Source: Marispirochaeta sp. (GTDB lineage: Bacteria; Spirochaetota; Spirochaetia; JC444; Marispirochaetaceae). Taken from it: DNA of 64,000 nt. Positions 21,238-30,256 of the stretch are shown here, piece after piece. The DNA lies in the NCBI GenBank assembly GCA_963676835.2, contig CAXXFF010000003.1, positions 768,001 to 832,000 of the forward strand, written 5' to 3'. The notes under the pieces were generated by a model that ran no database searches, was not told the origin of the DNA, and saw nothing but the letters and a program-made list of their open reading frames with translations. The stretch's first letter is position 1. Every line of letters begins with the position of its first letter. A program made the translations under genes and the position numbers.

Positions 21238-21599
21238 TGGGTGATATTGAAAAAGGACTGAACCTTACACCGGACTTTTCCAAAGGCGGAGGAATGATTA
21301 CCGCCATAGCCCAGGACAGCAGCAGTCTGGAAGTACTTATGTGTGCCTTTATGAACCGGGAAGCCCTGGATAAAACCCTGGAAAGCGGATATGCCCACTA
21401 TTTCAGCCGCAGCCGTAATACGCTCTGGAAAAAGGGCGAAACATCAGGCCATCTTCAGAAGATTGTCGAGATCAGGGTAGACTGCGACCAGGATTGTCTT
21501 CTGCTGCTGGTGGAACAAACCGGCGCAGCATGTCATACAGGCAAAAAGAGCTGTTTCTACCGTAAAACCGCAGGCTCGACAAACCTGGAAATGCTCTGA
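21237..21599 (+). CDS. hisI: Phosphoribosyl-AMP cyclohydrolase
   Basis: [33 protein letters not shown]. Confidence 0.95.
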   Translation: MGDIEKGLNLTPDFSKGGGMITAIAQDSSSLEVLMCAFMNREALDKTLESGYAHYFSRSRNTLWKKGETSGHLQKIVEIRVDCDQDCLLLLVEQTGAACHTGKKSCFYRKTAGSTNLEML

Positions 21600-21699
21600 T
21601 TAAAGAGACGATAATCGGTCCTGTTTTACAGGCTATGCCCTTGAAAAACCGTTTTTTTCCATTTATAGTTTGGTCATACCAACATATTGGAGGTTACAA

Positions 21700-21870
21700 A
21701 TGGCTTACAAGGTAACTGACGAATGCACCAACTGCGGCGCTTGCGAACCCGAGTGTCCCGTTGAGGCAATAAGTGAAAAGGGCGATGCTCGTTTCATCGA
21801 TCCCGATCAGTGCACTGACTGTGGTGCATGTGCAGATGTTTGTCCCGTTGAGGCAATCGTAGCAGGTTAA
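21700..21870 (+). CDS. 2[4Fe-4S] ferredoxin
   Basis: Two CxxCxxCxxxCP motifs; SD ggagg. Confidence 0.93.
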   Translation: MAYKVTDECTNCGACEPECPVEAISEKGDARFIDPDQCTDCGACADVCPVEAIVAG

Positions 21871-21892
21871 TCCTGTATCTGCGAAATCAGAG

Positions 21893-21917
21893 ACCCGGCT
21901 GTTTGGCCGGGTTTTTT
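21893..21917 (+). terminator. Intrinsic terminator
   Basis: acccggct-gttt-ggccgggt followed by T run. Confidence 0.8.
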
Positions 21918-21920
21918 ATA

Positions 21921-22196
21921 CCCCGCGTACCGGAACGAAGTGAGGAACGCGGGGCGGACGAGCGCGGCTTGCGAAGCAAACGCGCGGTCCGGAACACCCA
22001 CCTGAAACAACTCCACCTAACACGACAAAACAACTGAATCTATCCGAAGAATTCCGCAGCGAAGCGAGGAACACGGGGCGGATGAGCGCGGCTCACACAC
22101 TTACGTACCGCAGCAAAGCGAGGAACGTGAGCCTCGCAGGCCAACGGCCGAGAAACGCGCGGTCCGGGAGCACCCCACCTGAAACCAGCCCCCACC
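21921..22196. repeat. Mosaic hairpin-rich intergenic repeat (two related units, the second with a nested insert)
   Basis: Three copies of (t/a)ccg.a.c.aag.gaggaac; shared gagcgcggct, aaacgcgcggtccgg and cacctgaaac blocks. Confidence 0.65.
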
Positions 22197-22904
22197 CTAT
22201 CCTTCCACTGCCCGCCTGAAAACCTCCCGCGCATGCAGCTCCATGGTGTCCAGTACAGGCACTGACAGATCACCTTCCCGGATAATAAGGGGAAGCTCGG
22301 TACACCCGAGAATAACCCCTTCACAGCCCTTCCCCGCAAGATTCTCGGCCATAATCTTTATTTTAGCAGTTGATGAATCCCTGAATTCTCCCTGGCAAAG
22401 CTCCTTGAAAATTATATCATCAAGCTTTTGCCTTTCTGCTTCAGAGGGAACAACAGTTTCAATACCGAATTTGTCTTCCAGTCGGCTGCTGTAGAAACCC
22501 AGCTCCATGGTAAACTTTGTCCCGAGAAGCGCAGCCCTGGTAATACCCTTTCGCCTGCACTCTTTTCCAACGGCATCTGCAATATGAACCAGCGGAATCC
22601 CGGCTGCAGCTTCAATCTCCCCGGCAATATAGTGAATAGTATTGGTTGCGATGATCAGAACCTGTGCACCTGCTTCAGCCAGAGCCTTTGCCTCAGGAAG
22701 AAGAATCCCTTTGACTCCATCCCAATCATTCTTATGCATCTGTGCCGCCAGGGGAGCAAAATCAACCGAAGAGATCAGACAGGGAGCAGAATTAAGTCCG
22801 CCGAATTCTTCAGCAGTTAAGGTATTCAGAATCTGGTAGTACTGCTGAGTTGATTCCCAGCTCATACCGCCGAGAATGCCGATTTTTTTCATGCTGGCCT
22901 TCAT
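22197..22904 (-). CDS. Aspartate/glutamate racemase family protein
   Basis: GILGGMSWEST, TNTIH, ILGCTELP. Confidence 0.9.
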   Translation of the reverse strand: MKASMKKIGILGGMSWESTQQYYQILNTLTAEEFGGLNSAPCLISSVDFAPLAAQMHKNDWDGVKGILLPEAKALAEAGAQVLIIATNTIHYIAGEIEAAAGIPLVHIADAVGKECRRKGITRAALLGTKFTMELGFYSSRLEDKFGIETVVPSEAERQKLDDIIFKELCQGEFRDSSTAKIKIMAENLAGKGCEGVILGCTELPLIIREGDLSVPVLDTMELHAREVFRRAVEG

Positions 22905-23015
22905 TTTCTCCTCCTGTAAATATGCCGACTACTGGATAGTAGAATATTCAAATACTTTATAGTCTCACGCCCTTATAAATTAACAGTACCCTTCCCTGAG
23001 GTAAAGGATTGACTT

Positions 23016-23045
23016 TATTTGTATATTTAGCTAAATATACAAATA
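23016..23045. promoter_or_regulatory. Perfect 30-bp palindrome, ArsR operator
   Basis: tatttgtatatttag|ctaaatatacaaata between TTGACT (23009) and the arsR ATG. Confidence 0.8.
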
Positions 23046-23380
23046 TGACTACCATAAAAACCGGCTGCGCTTGCGGACAGGCAGTATCTGCCGCGGCACT
23101 GGATGCCGAGACAACCCGGAATGCCGCTGAAGTCTTCAAAGCAATGGGGCATCCCACACGACTAACCATACTTGAAGCCCTGAAAGACGGGGAACGCTGT
23201 GTATGCGAACTATCCCCAATTCTTAACGGTGAGCTTTCAACTATCAGCCGCCACCTTTCAAGCCTGAAAAATGCCGGACTGATAGAAGACCGCCGTGAAG
23301 GGCAGAAGATTTTCTACCGGCTTAAGATGGACTGCGTCTCATCCTTTATTGCCTGCATTGCAGACAAAGTCAGTACCTGA
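23045..23380 (+). CDS. ArsR/SmtB family regulator
   Basis: FKAMGHPTRL, ERCVCEL, STISRHL. Confidence 0.92.
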   Translation: MTTIKTGCACGQAVSAAALDAETTRNAAEVFKAMGHPTRLTILEALKDGERCVCELSPILNGELSTISRHLSSLKNAGLIEDRREGQKIFYRLKMDCVSSFIACIADKVST

Positions 23381-23399
23381 TACCCCCGGGGAGATACCA

Positions 23400-24410
23400 G
23401 TGTTTATTATCTTTACAAAATTAGCTGATTTTCTCATCTACAGACTCGCAGGCTTTACCCCGGGAACCCATATTGCTGAATCACTCCACTTCTTCGTAGA
23501 GGACGTGAGCAAAATATTTGCCATGGTAACCGTCATGATCTACCTGATTGCCCTTATCCGGGCAGGTCTTGATACAGAAAAAATACGGGATTTTCTTTCG
23601 GGAAAAAACCGGTTTTTCGGTTATACCGCGGCTTCCGGACTCGGTGCTGTTACCCCTTTCTGCAGCTGTTCCAGTATCCCCCTTTTTCTGGGATTTACCC
23701 AGGCACGAATTCCTCTGGGAATTACCATGGCCTTTCTTATTACCTCGCCCATTATAAACGAGGTTGCACTGGTCCTCCTGGGGGGACTGCTGGGATTCAA
23801 GTTTATGCTCATCTATTTAGCCATTGGTATAGGAGCAGGAATTATCGGCGGATTTTTTCTTGATCTGATAAAAGCGGAGCGCTACCTGACCCAGTTGGCA
23901 TCGGGAGTCGCCCAGGCAGGCGCGGTAAAAACATGTACCAGCGGTAAATGCTCTACTACACCGACTATACAAAAGCAGAAACTCACGTTCGCCGAGAGAA
24001 AAAGTTTTGCTGCGGCGGAACTTAAGGAAATACTCGGCCGCATCTGGAAATGGATATTTATAGGAATAGGCGCAGGTGCTGTTCTGCATGGATTTGTACC
24101 GGAAAGTTTTATTACTTCCCACCTGGGAGGAGGAAGTATGTGGACTGTTCCGGCGGCAGTCTTTCTGGGAATTCCTCTCTACTCCAACGCTTCAGGAATG
24201 ATCCCCATAGCGGAAAGCCTGTTGAACAAAGGCCTTCCTGTTGGAACTACCATCGCCTTCATGATGAGCACTGTTGCGGCAAGTTTTCCGGAGTTTATGC
24301 TTTTAAAACAGGTTATGAAAACAAGACTCCTGATTATTTTCTTTATTATTCTATTAGTCTTCTTTACCCTGGCAGGCTGGATTCTCAACGGTACCGTCAG
24401 CCTGGGATAA
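23400..24410 (+). CDS. ArsP-like (DUF318) permease
   Basis: TPFCSCSSIP, AFLITSPIINE, GIPLYSN. Confidence 0.88.
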   Translation: MFIIFTKLADFLIYRLAGFTPGTHIAESLHFFVEDVSKIFAMVTVMIYLIALIRAGLDTEKIRDFLSGKNRFFGYTAASGLGAVTPFCSCSSIPLFLGFTQARIPLGITMAFLITSPIINEVALVLLGGLLGFKFMLIYLAIGIGAGIIGGFFLDLIKAERYLTQLASGVAQAGAVKTCTSGKCSTTPTIQKQKLTFAERKSFAAAELKEILGRIWKWIFIGIGAGAVLHGFVPESFITSHLGGGSMWTVPAAVFLGIPLYSNASGMIPIAESLLNKGLPVGTTIAFMMSTVAASFPEFMLLKQVMKTRLLIIFFIILLVFFTLAGWILNGTVSLG

Positions 24411-24454
24411 CTACATACTTTTATATTTTCTAACTTTTTTTAGAGGAGAACATT

Positions 24455-24688
24455 ATGACAATACAGATACTCGGCGGCGGATGCCCCAACTGCGAAAAAC
24501 TGGCTGCAAATGCGAAAGCTGCAGCAGACGAACTCAAGCTTGATTATTCCATCGAAAAAATTACCGACTATGCAAAAATAGCAGCCATGGGAGTTATGAA
24601 AACCCCTGCTCTGGGTGTGGATGGAACCATCCTGCACTCGGGAAGTGTGATCAACGCGGAAAAATGCGCGGAGCTACTGCAGAAATAA
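24455..24688 (+). CDS. Small redox-active disulfide protein (MTH895-like thioredoxin)
   Basis: ILGGGCPNC, GVMKTPAL.VDG. Confidence 0.88.
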   Translation: MTIQILGGGCPNCEKLAANAKAAADELKLDYSIEKITDYAKIAAMGVMKTPALGVDGTILHSGSVINAEKCAELLQK

Positions 24689-24695
24689 TCAAAAA

Positions 24696-24727
24696 CAGTG
24701 GAGGCCCCCCATAGGGGCTCTCCACTG
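24696..24727. terminator. Hairpin between convergent operons
   Basis: cagtggag..cccc/gggg..ctccactg. Confidence 0.55.
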
Positions 24728-24732
24728 AGCTC

Positions 24733-24813
24733 GTAAAGACGTTCGATCCGAACGTCTCGACTAAAGCAATCCTCACACCTGAAGTAAAGACGTTCGATCC
24801 GAACGTCTCGACT
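24733..24813. repeat. Two identical 30-bp REP-like hairpin repeats with a 21-bp spacer
   Basis: gtaaagacgttcgatccgaacgtctcgact at 24733-24762 and 24784-24813; 9-bp stem agacgttcg/cgaacgtct. Confidence 0.85.
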
Positions 24814-24827
24814 TCTGATATCAATCC

Positions 24828-26069
24828 CTAAAAAACTCTCTTGATATGCCGTTCCAGCAGATTCTCGCGAACCTGATCGGCTACAATATCTTCATACCGC
24901 TCAAGAGCATCTGTCCAGCGGCTGCCCATCTTTGATGCAACCTTATACCCGACATGCAGCAGCTGGCGTACATGCAGATTATACAGAGGCTGATCCTGCT
25001 GATGCCGGAGAACCTTGGCAAAGAATGGGCCGTCCCAGGTGTCTACATCATCTGCGGAAGGCAGCTTGCTTTTATCGATATCGATAACCGCAGCGTAGGG
25101 GGCACACAGTTCATCAAACATCTTTATTCCTGTCCGGTATACCTCTTTTGCAATAACCAGTCCTTCTCCCCCGGCTTCGGCGAGACCGATAATCTCTTCC
25201 AGCCAGGTGGTACCGGCGGTTTTCAGGTGCAGTCCGGCATTGTGCTTTCTGCAGGCCTCTTTCATTCCCGGATAAATTGAGAACTTGTCACTACCGGAAT
25301 GGATTGAAAGTTTCAGGTTTTCAGGAAGACCGAATTCCTTTACAGCAAAGGCAATTACACAGACGTCTTCATCAAATTCCTTGTTGAACTGATCTACATT
25401 ACCAACATAATCAACACCCTTGTTAAATCGGCCGGTAAATTTCGGAGCAATTGTCTGGGCGGGAATGCCTTCATCTGCAATAGCTGCAAGAATAAACAGC
25501 AGTTCGTCCGGAGTCTGGGGCAGGTCTGTTTCATCCATGGAAACTTCTGCAACAAAGTTTCCTTCACCTTTTTTATCAAGAATTTTGCGGTAGATCTTTC
25601 CAGCTTCCTGTACAGCCAAAAGATACTTTTCCCCGATACTTCTGAGCTTTGCTTCGGTTACCTCAATCTTTTCATCAATTCCGGGAATATCTATTGTCCC
25701 AATATAAGACAAATACTTTTTCACAAAAGCATTGATGGAATCTGCATCAGCAGCCTTTCCTGTAAAGTCAGCAACATCCAGGGTGAAAAAGTCTGACGCA
25801 TCCATAAAGATATCAACATTACCGAGGCCGATATGGTCTGCATCCACATAATAGGAGCCTTTCCATCCCAGCGCAGCTACGGCAGCATCAGCTTCCTTTC
25901 TGGTGGACATGGGATCGGTTCCGACAATTGAGTGCTCCCGGAAACTTTTATTCCAGACAGGCACAATATCCAGGCCAAGATTCTTTGCTTCAATCAGAGC
26001 TTCCAGCTGCGCTTTTCCCTGATGGAAAAAACGGTCTCCAACACCGAATGAAAACTTTTCCAGGGTCAT
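24828..26069 (-). CDS. uxaE: Tagaturonate/fructuronate epimerase family
   Basis: FSFGVGDRF, DADHI, EVSMDETD, KLSIHSGSDKFSIY, HLKTAGTTWLE. Confidence 0.85.
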   Translation of the reverse strand: MTLEKFSFGVGDRFFHQGKAQLEALIEAKNLGLDIVPVWNKSFREHSIVGTDPMSTRKEADAAVAALGWKGSYYVDADHIGLGNVDIFMDASDFFTLDVADFTGKAADADSINAFVKKYLSYIGTIDIPGIDEKIEVTEAKLRSIGEKYLLAVQEAGKIYRKILDKKGEGNFVAEVSMDETDLPQTPDELLFILAAIADEGIPAQTIAPKFTGRFNKGVDYVGNVDQFNKEFDEDVCVIAFAVKEFGLPENLKLSIHSGSDKFSIYPGMKEACRKHNAGLHLKTAGTTWLEEIIGLAEAGGEGLVIAKEVYRTGIKMFDELCAPYAAVIDIDKSKLPSADDVDTWDGPFFAKVLRHQQDQPLYNLHVRQLLHVGYKVASKMGSRWTDALERYEDIVADQVRENLLERHIKRVF

Positions 26070-26101
26070 ATAAAATCCTCCTTACATTACATAACCTTAA
26101 A

Positions 26102-27520
26102 TTATTCTATGTTAATGCCAAAATATTCTTTCGCATTATTGAACGAAATATCAGCAACCATTTTGCCCAGGAGGTCCATGTCCCGGGGAGCTTTACCCTC
26201 TTCAACCCAGGTTCCCACAATATTGCAGAGAATACGGCGAAAGTAATCGTGTCTGGGGTAGGAGAGAAAACTGCGGGAGTCCGTAAGCATCCCGACAAAA
26301 CGGCTGAGCACTCCCATGTTGGCAAGATCCTTCATCTGCTTCGACATACCGTCTTCATGGTCGGCATACCACCACGCCGATCCAAACTGAACCTTTCCCG
26401 GGACAGAGCCGTCCTGAAAACAGCCCCCGATGGTAATCAGCAGATCATTATCCCGCTGATTCAAGGTATAAAGAATGGTTTTGGGGAGTTCCCCGGTAAC
26501 ATCAAGGGCATCGAGAAAGCGACTTAATGGAGCTCCAACTTCTCCGTCGGCAACAGCATCAAAACCGACATCCGGGCCAAGCTTTGCGAACATACGGCTG
26601 TTGTTATTTCGGAGGGAACTCAGGTGCAGCTGCATTACCCAGCCGCGCTTTGCATTCATACGGCCGAAATGAAGCATCAGGGCTGTACGGAACTTATCAG
26701 CCTCATCCGGGCTGACTGCTGTTCCATCTTTAGCCTTTCTGAAAACAGCCTCAAGCTCACTGTCTGAAGCCGGTGAATAAACCGGAACCAGCAGTGCATG
26801 ATCAGACACACGGCCTCCCATGGAATGGAAGAATTCATGCCGTTTCTCCAGAGCTTCAAGAAGATCATTGAAACTCGAGATTGTCATATTAGCTGAAGCG
26901 CCGAGTCTTTCAAGATACTCAATCCAGGCGGCTCCGGTATCTACCGCCATGGCTCTATCCGGACGAAAAGCCGGAAGCATTTTACTCTTGAAGGTTTGAT
27001 CAGCCGCCACCTGCTGATGGTATTCCAGAGAGTCCGCCGGATCGTCGGTGGTACAAACTGCTTTCACCTTGAAATGGTCCATAATTCCCCGGGCTCGGAA
27101 TTTCTCCTGCCCAAGCATTTCATTCACCTGCTTGTAAATGCCTTCAGCCGTACCGGGATTCAGAACCTTTCCAGCAATACCGAAGGGATCTTTCAGTTCC
27201 ATGTGAGTCCAATGATACAGGGGGTTGCCGATAATCCTGGGGACTGTATCGGCCCAGGCTGCAAATTTATCCCAGTCGGAAACATCTCCGGTGCAGTACT
27301 TTTCTTCGTATCCGTTGGCCCGCATTACCCGCCACTTGTAATGGTCGCCATAAAGCCATATTTCCGTAAGATTCTTAAACTGTTTGTTATTTGCCACCTG
27401 CTCTGGAGGCAGGTGACAATGAAAATCGAAGATGGGCATGCCCTCGGCGTACTCATGATATAAAATCCGTGCTGCCTCATTCTGCAGCATAAAATCATTA
27501 TCCAGAAACTGTCGTGACAT
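26102..27520 (-). CDS. uxaC: Uronate isomerase
   Basis: IFDFHCHLPP, GDHYKWR, GSAWWY, GMLTDSRSFLSYPRHDYFRR. Confidence 0.95.
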   Translation of the reverse strand: MSRQFLDNDFMLQNEAARILYHEYAEGMPIFDFHCHLPPEQVANNKQFKNLTEIWLYGDHYKWRVMRANGYEEKYCTGDVSDWDKFAAWADTVPRIIGNPLYHWTHMELKDPFGIAGKVLNPGTAEGIYKQVNEMLGQEKFRARGIMDHFKVKAVCTTDDPADSLEYHQQVAADQTFKSKMLPAFRPDRAMAVDTGAAWIEYLERLGASANMTISSFNDLLEALEKRHEFFHSMGGRVSDHALLVPVYSPASDSELEAVFRKAKDGTAVSPDEADKFRTALMLHFGRMNAKRGWVMQLHLSSLRNNNSRMFAKLGPDVGFDAVADGEVGAPLSRFLDALDVTGELPKTILYTLNQRDNDLLITIGGCFQDGSVPGKVQFGSAWWYADHEDGMSKQMKDLANMGVLSRFVGMLTDSRSFLSYPRHDYFRRILCNIVGTWVEEGKAPRDMDLLGKMVADISFNNAKEYFGINIE

Positions 27521-27531
27521 GCCCGTCCTCC

Positions 27532-28347
27532 TTAAATATTATGTACCAGATAACCACCGTCTACAGGGATAGAAACGCCGGTTACAAAACCGGATGCTTT
27601 GTCACTGCAGAGAAACAGCAGCGCACCGCCAAGCTCCTGGACATCACCGAAACGGCCGAAGGGGGTATGGGCAATAATAGCCTCTCCACGGGCGGTCAGG
27701 TTTCCGGTAGCTTCATCAAACAGCAGCGCTTTATTCTGTTTTCCGACGAAAAATCCCGGAGCAATAGCATTTACCCTGATTCCGTCTTTAGCAAACTCCC
27801 GGGCACCTGCATAGGTAAGATTAAGAACCGCGGACTTGGCGGCGCCGTAAGCATGAGTACCGGAAAGGGGGATATAGCTTGTCATGGAGGTGAGATTGAT
27901 TATTGATCCCTTGATCTCTTTAGCCTTCCAGTTTTTGACAAAAACCTTGGTGGGAACCATAAGACCGGCTAAAAGATTCAGACGAAGAACATCTTCAAAG
28001 ACATCCATATCAACATCTTCCCAGTCTGATTTACCTTTGTTTCCTCCGGCGGCATTAATCAGAATATCGACGGAACCGAACTGCTTCTCTGTCTCTTCGT
28101 ATCCGGCAATGACTGCGGCTTCATCGCCGGTATCAGCCTTTACCCGCTGCAGCTGGTCCTTAAGCCCTGTAGCATCGGCAAGTTTTGCCAGGTTGGCATC
28201 AATGGACTCATAACGGTGTCCCCAGAGGGAAACATTGGCTCCAGCCCGTAAAAGGGCTTCTCCCATGGCATAGGCGATATTTCCACCTCCGCCGGTAATG
28301 ACTGCGGTCTTTCCTTTTAAAGAAAACATTTCATCAAGATAGCTCAT
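27532..28347 (-). CDS. SDR, probable D-mannonate oxidoreductase (fructuronate reductase)
   Basis: AAGGN, YGAAK, APGFFVGKQNKALL..TARGEAIIAHTPFGRFG; uronate operon context. Confidence 0.75.
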   Translation of the reverse strand: MSYLDEMFSLKGKTAVITGGGGNIAYAMGEALLRAGANVSLWGHRYESIDANLAKLADATGLKDQLQRVKADTGDEAAVIAGYEETEKQFGSVDILINAAGGNKGKSDWEDVDMDVFEDVLRLNLLAGLMVPTKVFVKNWKAKEIKGSIINLTSMTSYIPLSGTHAYGAAKSAVLNLTYAGAREFAKDGIRVNAIAPGFFVGKQNKALLFDEATGNLTARGEAIIAHTPFGRFGDVQELGGALLFLCSDKASGFVTGVSIPVDGGYLVHNI

Positions 28348-28402
28348 ACAAAAAACCTCACTCTCTTTCCTTCTTTTTCAGGTCTATATACGAGGCCGGA
28401 AT

Positions 28403-29158
28403 TCAACCGGCCTGAAGAACCTCAATTCCAAGGGCAACCAGTTCCGGCGCCGCTGTCAGTTCGCTGTCCGAAACAAGCACATCAACAGTCTCGGGTCTGC
28501 CAAAAATCGAAAATGCGGACAATCCCATTTTCCTGGAGTCAGCCAGCACTACAGTACGCTGACTTACCGCAATAACCTGCTGTTTCAGCTGGCTGTCCAT
28601 AATATTATGGGAGCTGAAAACACCTTTTTCCGAAAAAGCTGCCCCCCCCAGAAAACAGGTATTAAACTGAAAATCTTCCAGGTTATGTATAGCCATGGGT
28701 CCGAGAAAACTCCCTGCCGACTTCCGGTATGCACCGCCTGTGGATATTAAACTTATCCCCGGACGATCTGCCAGACGGGTCATAACATCAATGGAATTGG
28801 TAACAACCCTCAACGACATGTGCGCCACCGCTTCAGAAAAAAGCATGCAGGTAGATCCGGCATCAATGAAGATAGTATCATCTTCCCGGACGAGCTCAAC
28901 CGCCCGGGCCGCGATAGCACGTTTGGCCTCAAGATACTCTCCACGGCGGATACTCATGGTCTGCCGGAAACGGTTATCCTGAGCAAGCTCTGCACCCCCT
29001 CTGGTTCTTATAAGAAACCCCATCTCTTCCAGGATGGACAGGTCTTTCCGTATGGTAACTTCCGACACACTCAGCCTGCTGGTCAGTTCTCCGACGCTTA
29101 TACTGCGCAGTTTTGACAACATAGCAAGAATCTCATCCTGCCGCCGGTTTGCTGGCAT
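28403..29158 (-). CDS. DeoR/GlpR family regulator
   Basis: VSEVTIRKDL..RTRGGA, IDAGST, VTNS; promoter TTGACA-17-TACTCT upstream. Confidence 0.9.
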   Translation of the reverse strand: MPANRRQDEILAMLSKLRSISVGELTSRLSVSEVTIRKDLSILEEMGFLIRTRGGAELAQDNRFRQTMSIRRGEYLEAKRAIAARAVELVREDDTIFIDAGSTCMLFSEAVAHMSLRVVTNSIDVMTRLADRPGISLISTGGAYRKSAGSFLGPMAIHNLEDFQFNTCFLGGAAFSEKGVFSSHNIMDSQLKQQVIAVSQRTVVLADSRKMGLSAFSIFGRPETVDVLVSDSELTAAPELVALGIEVLQAG

Positions 29159-29361
29159 TGCTATTCCTTTCATTTTCAGAGTATTACGGAAACATACCCC
29201 TGTCAATGAAAAAATGTAAGGGTTTACAAAGCTTGACTCGGGGCACTTTCCATGGTAAATCTTTCGTTAGAGACCGTAATACATAAGTATTCAAAAGTAA
29301 CCAACCATTATACCTTAACATTTAGTATAAAGAGGGTTTAAGGTGGAAAAAAGGAGTGAAT

Positions 29362-30243
29362 ATGATTGATCCTGTTCAGGAACTTAAGGATTTCAAGCCG
29401 GAAAAAGAGTTTTTCATCGGCATTGATTCCGATGGATGTGCCTTCGATTCCATGGAAATAAAGCACAAGGAATGCTTTTGTCCCCAGTTCATATACCAGT
29501 TCGGACTGCAGGCCGTATCGAAATACGCCAGGGAAGTCTGGGAGTTTGTAAACCTTTACTCTAAAAACCGCGGATGCAACCGCTTCCTTGCCCTGCAGTA
29601 CGCCATGGCCCTTCTCTCTGAAAGAAAGGAAGTAAAAGCACGTAATGTTGAAGTTCCCCTTCTGAAGGACCTCGATGCCTGGGTAAAACGGGAGACAAAA
29701 CTGGGCAACCCCGCTTTTCTGGCAGAAGTTGACCGCAACCCCACGGAAGAACTGAAAACAATCAAGGCTTACTCCCTTGGCGTAAACGAGGTTGTCTCCT
29801 GGTATGTCAAAAATGTTCCCCCCTTCCCCCTTGTACGGGAAAGCCTCGAAAAAATGGTAACAAAAGCCGACGCACTGGTAGTCAGCCAGACCCCCACAGA
29901 AGCTCTGGAAAAAGAGTGGGCGGAAAGCAAAATCGACTCTTATGTTCGTCTTATCGCCGGACAGGAAAGGGGAACAAAAACTGAACATATAAAGTTCGCC
30001 GCCGGCGGAAAGTACGATCCCGAAAAAATTCTGATGATAGGTGATGCCCCCGGTGACTATAAAGCCGCAGCTGGCAACAACGCCCTCTTCTTTCCCATCA
30101 ACCCGGGACACGAAGAAGCAAGCTGGGAAAAACTCTATAACGAAGGCCTGGATAAGTTCTTCAACGGAACCTTTAAAGGGGCCTATCAGGAAGCTCTGTT
30201 AAAGGAGTTTGACACCTACCTTCCCGAAAAACCAAACTGGTAA
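29362..30243 (+). CDS. HAD superfamily hydrolase
   Basis: IGIDSDGC motif I, VVSQT, GTK, MIGDAPGD. Confidence 0.8.
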   Translation: MIDPVQELKDFKPEKEFFIGIDSDGCAFDSMEIKHKECFCPQFIYQFGLQAVSKYAREVWEFVNLYSKNRGCNRFLALQYAMALLSERKEVKARNVEVPLLKDLDAWVKRETKLGNPAFLAEVDRNPTEELKTIKAYSLGVNEVVSWYVKNVPPFPLVRESLEKMVTKADALVVSQTPTEALEKEWAESKIDSYVRLIAGQERGTKTEHIKFAAGGKYDPEKILMIGDAPGDYKAAAGNNALFFPINPGHEEASWEKLYNEGLDKFFNGTFKGAYQEALLKEFDTYLPEKPNW

Positions 30244-30256
30244 GGGCGGGCTGCAG

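Noticed and set aside
24733..24813. Possible mini-CRISPR array
   Set aside because: Only two repeats, a 21-bp spacer, no cas genes or leader; fits a REP-type hairpin better
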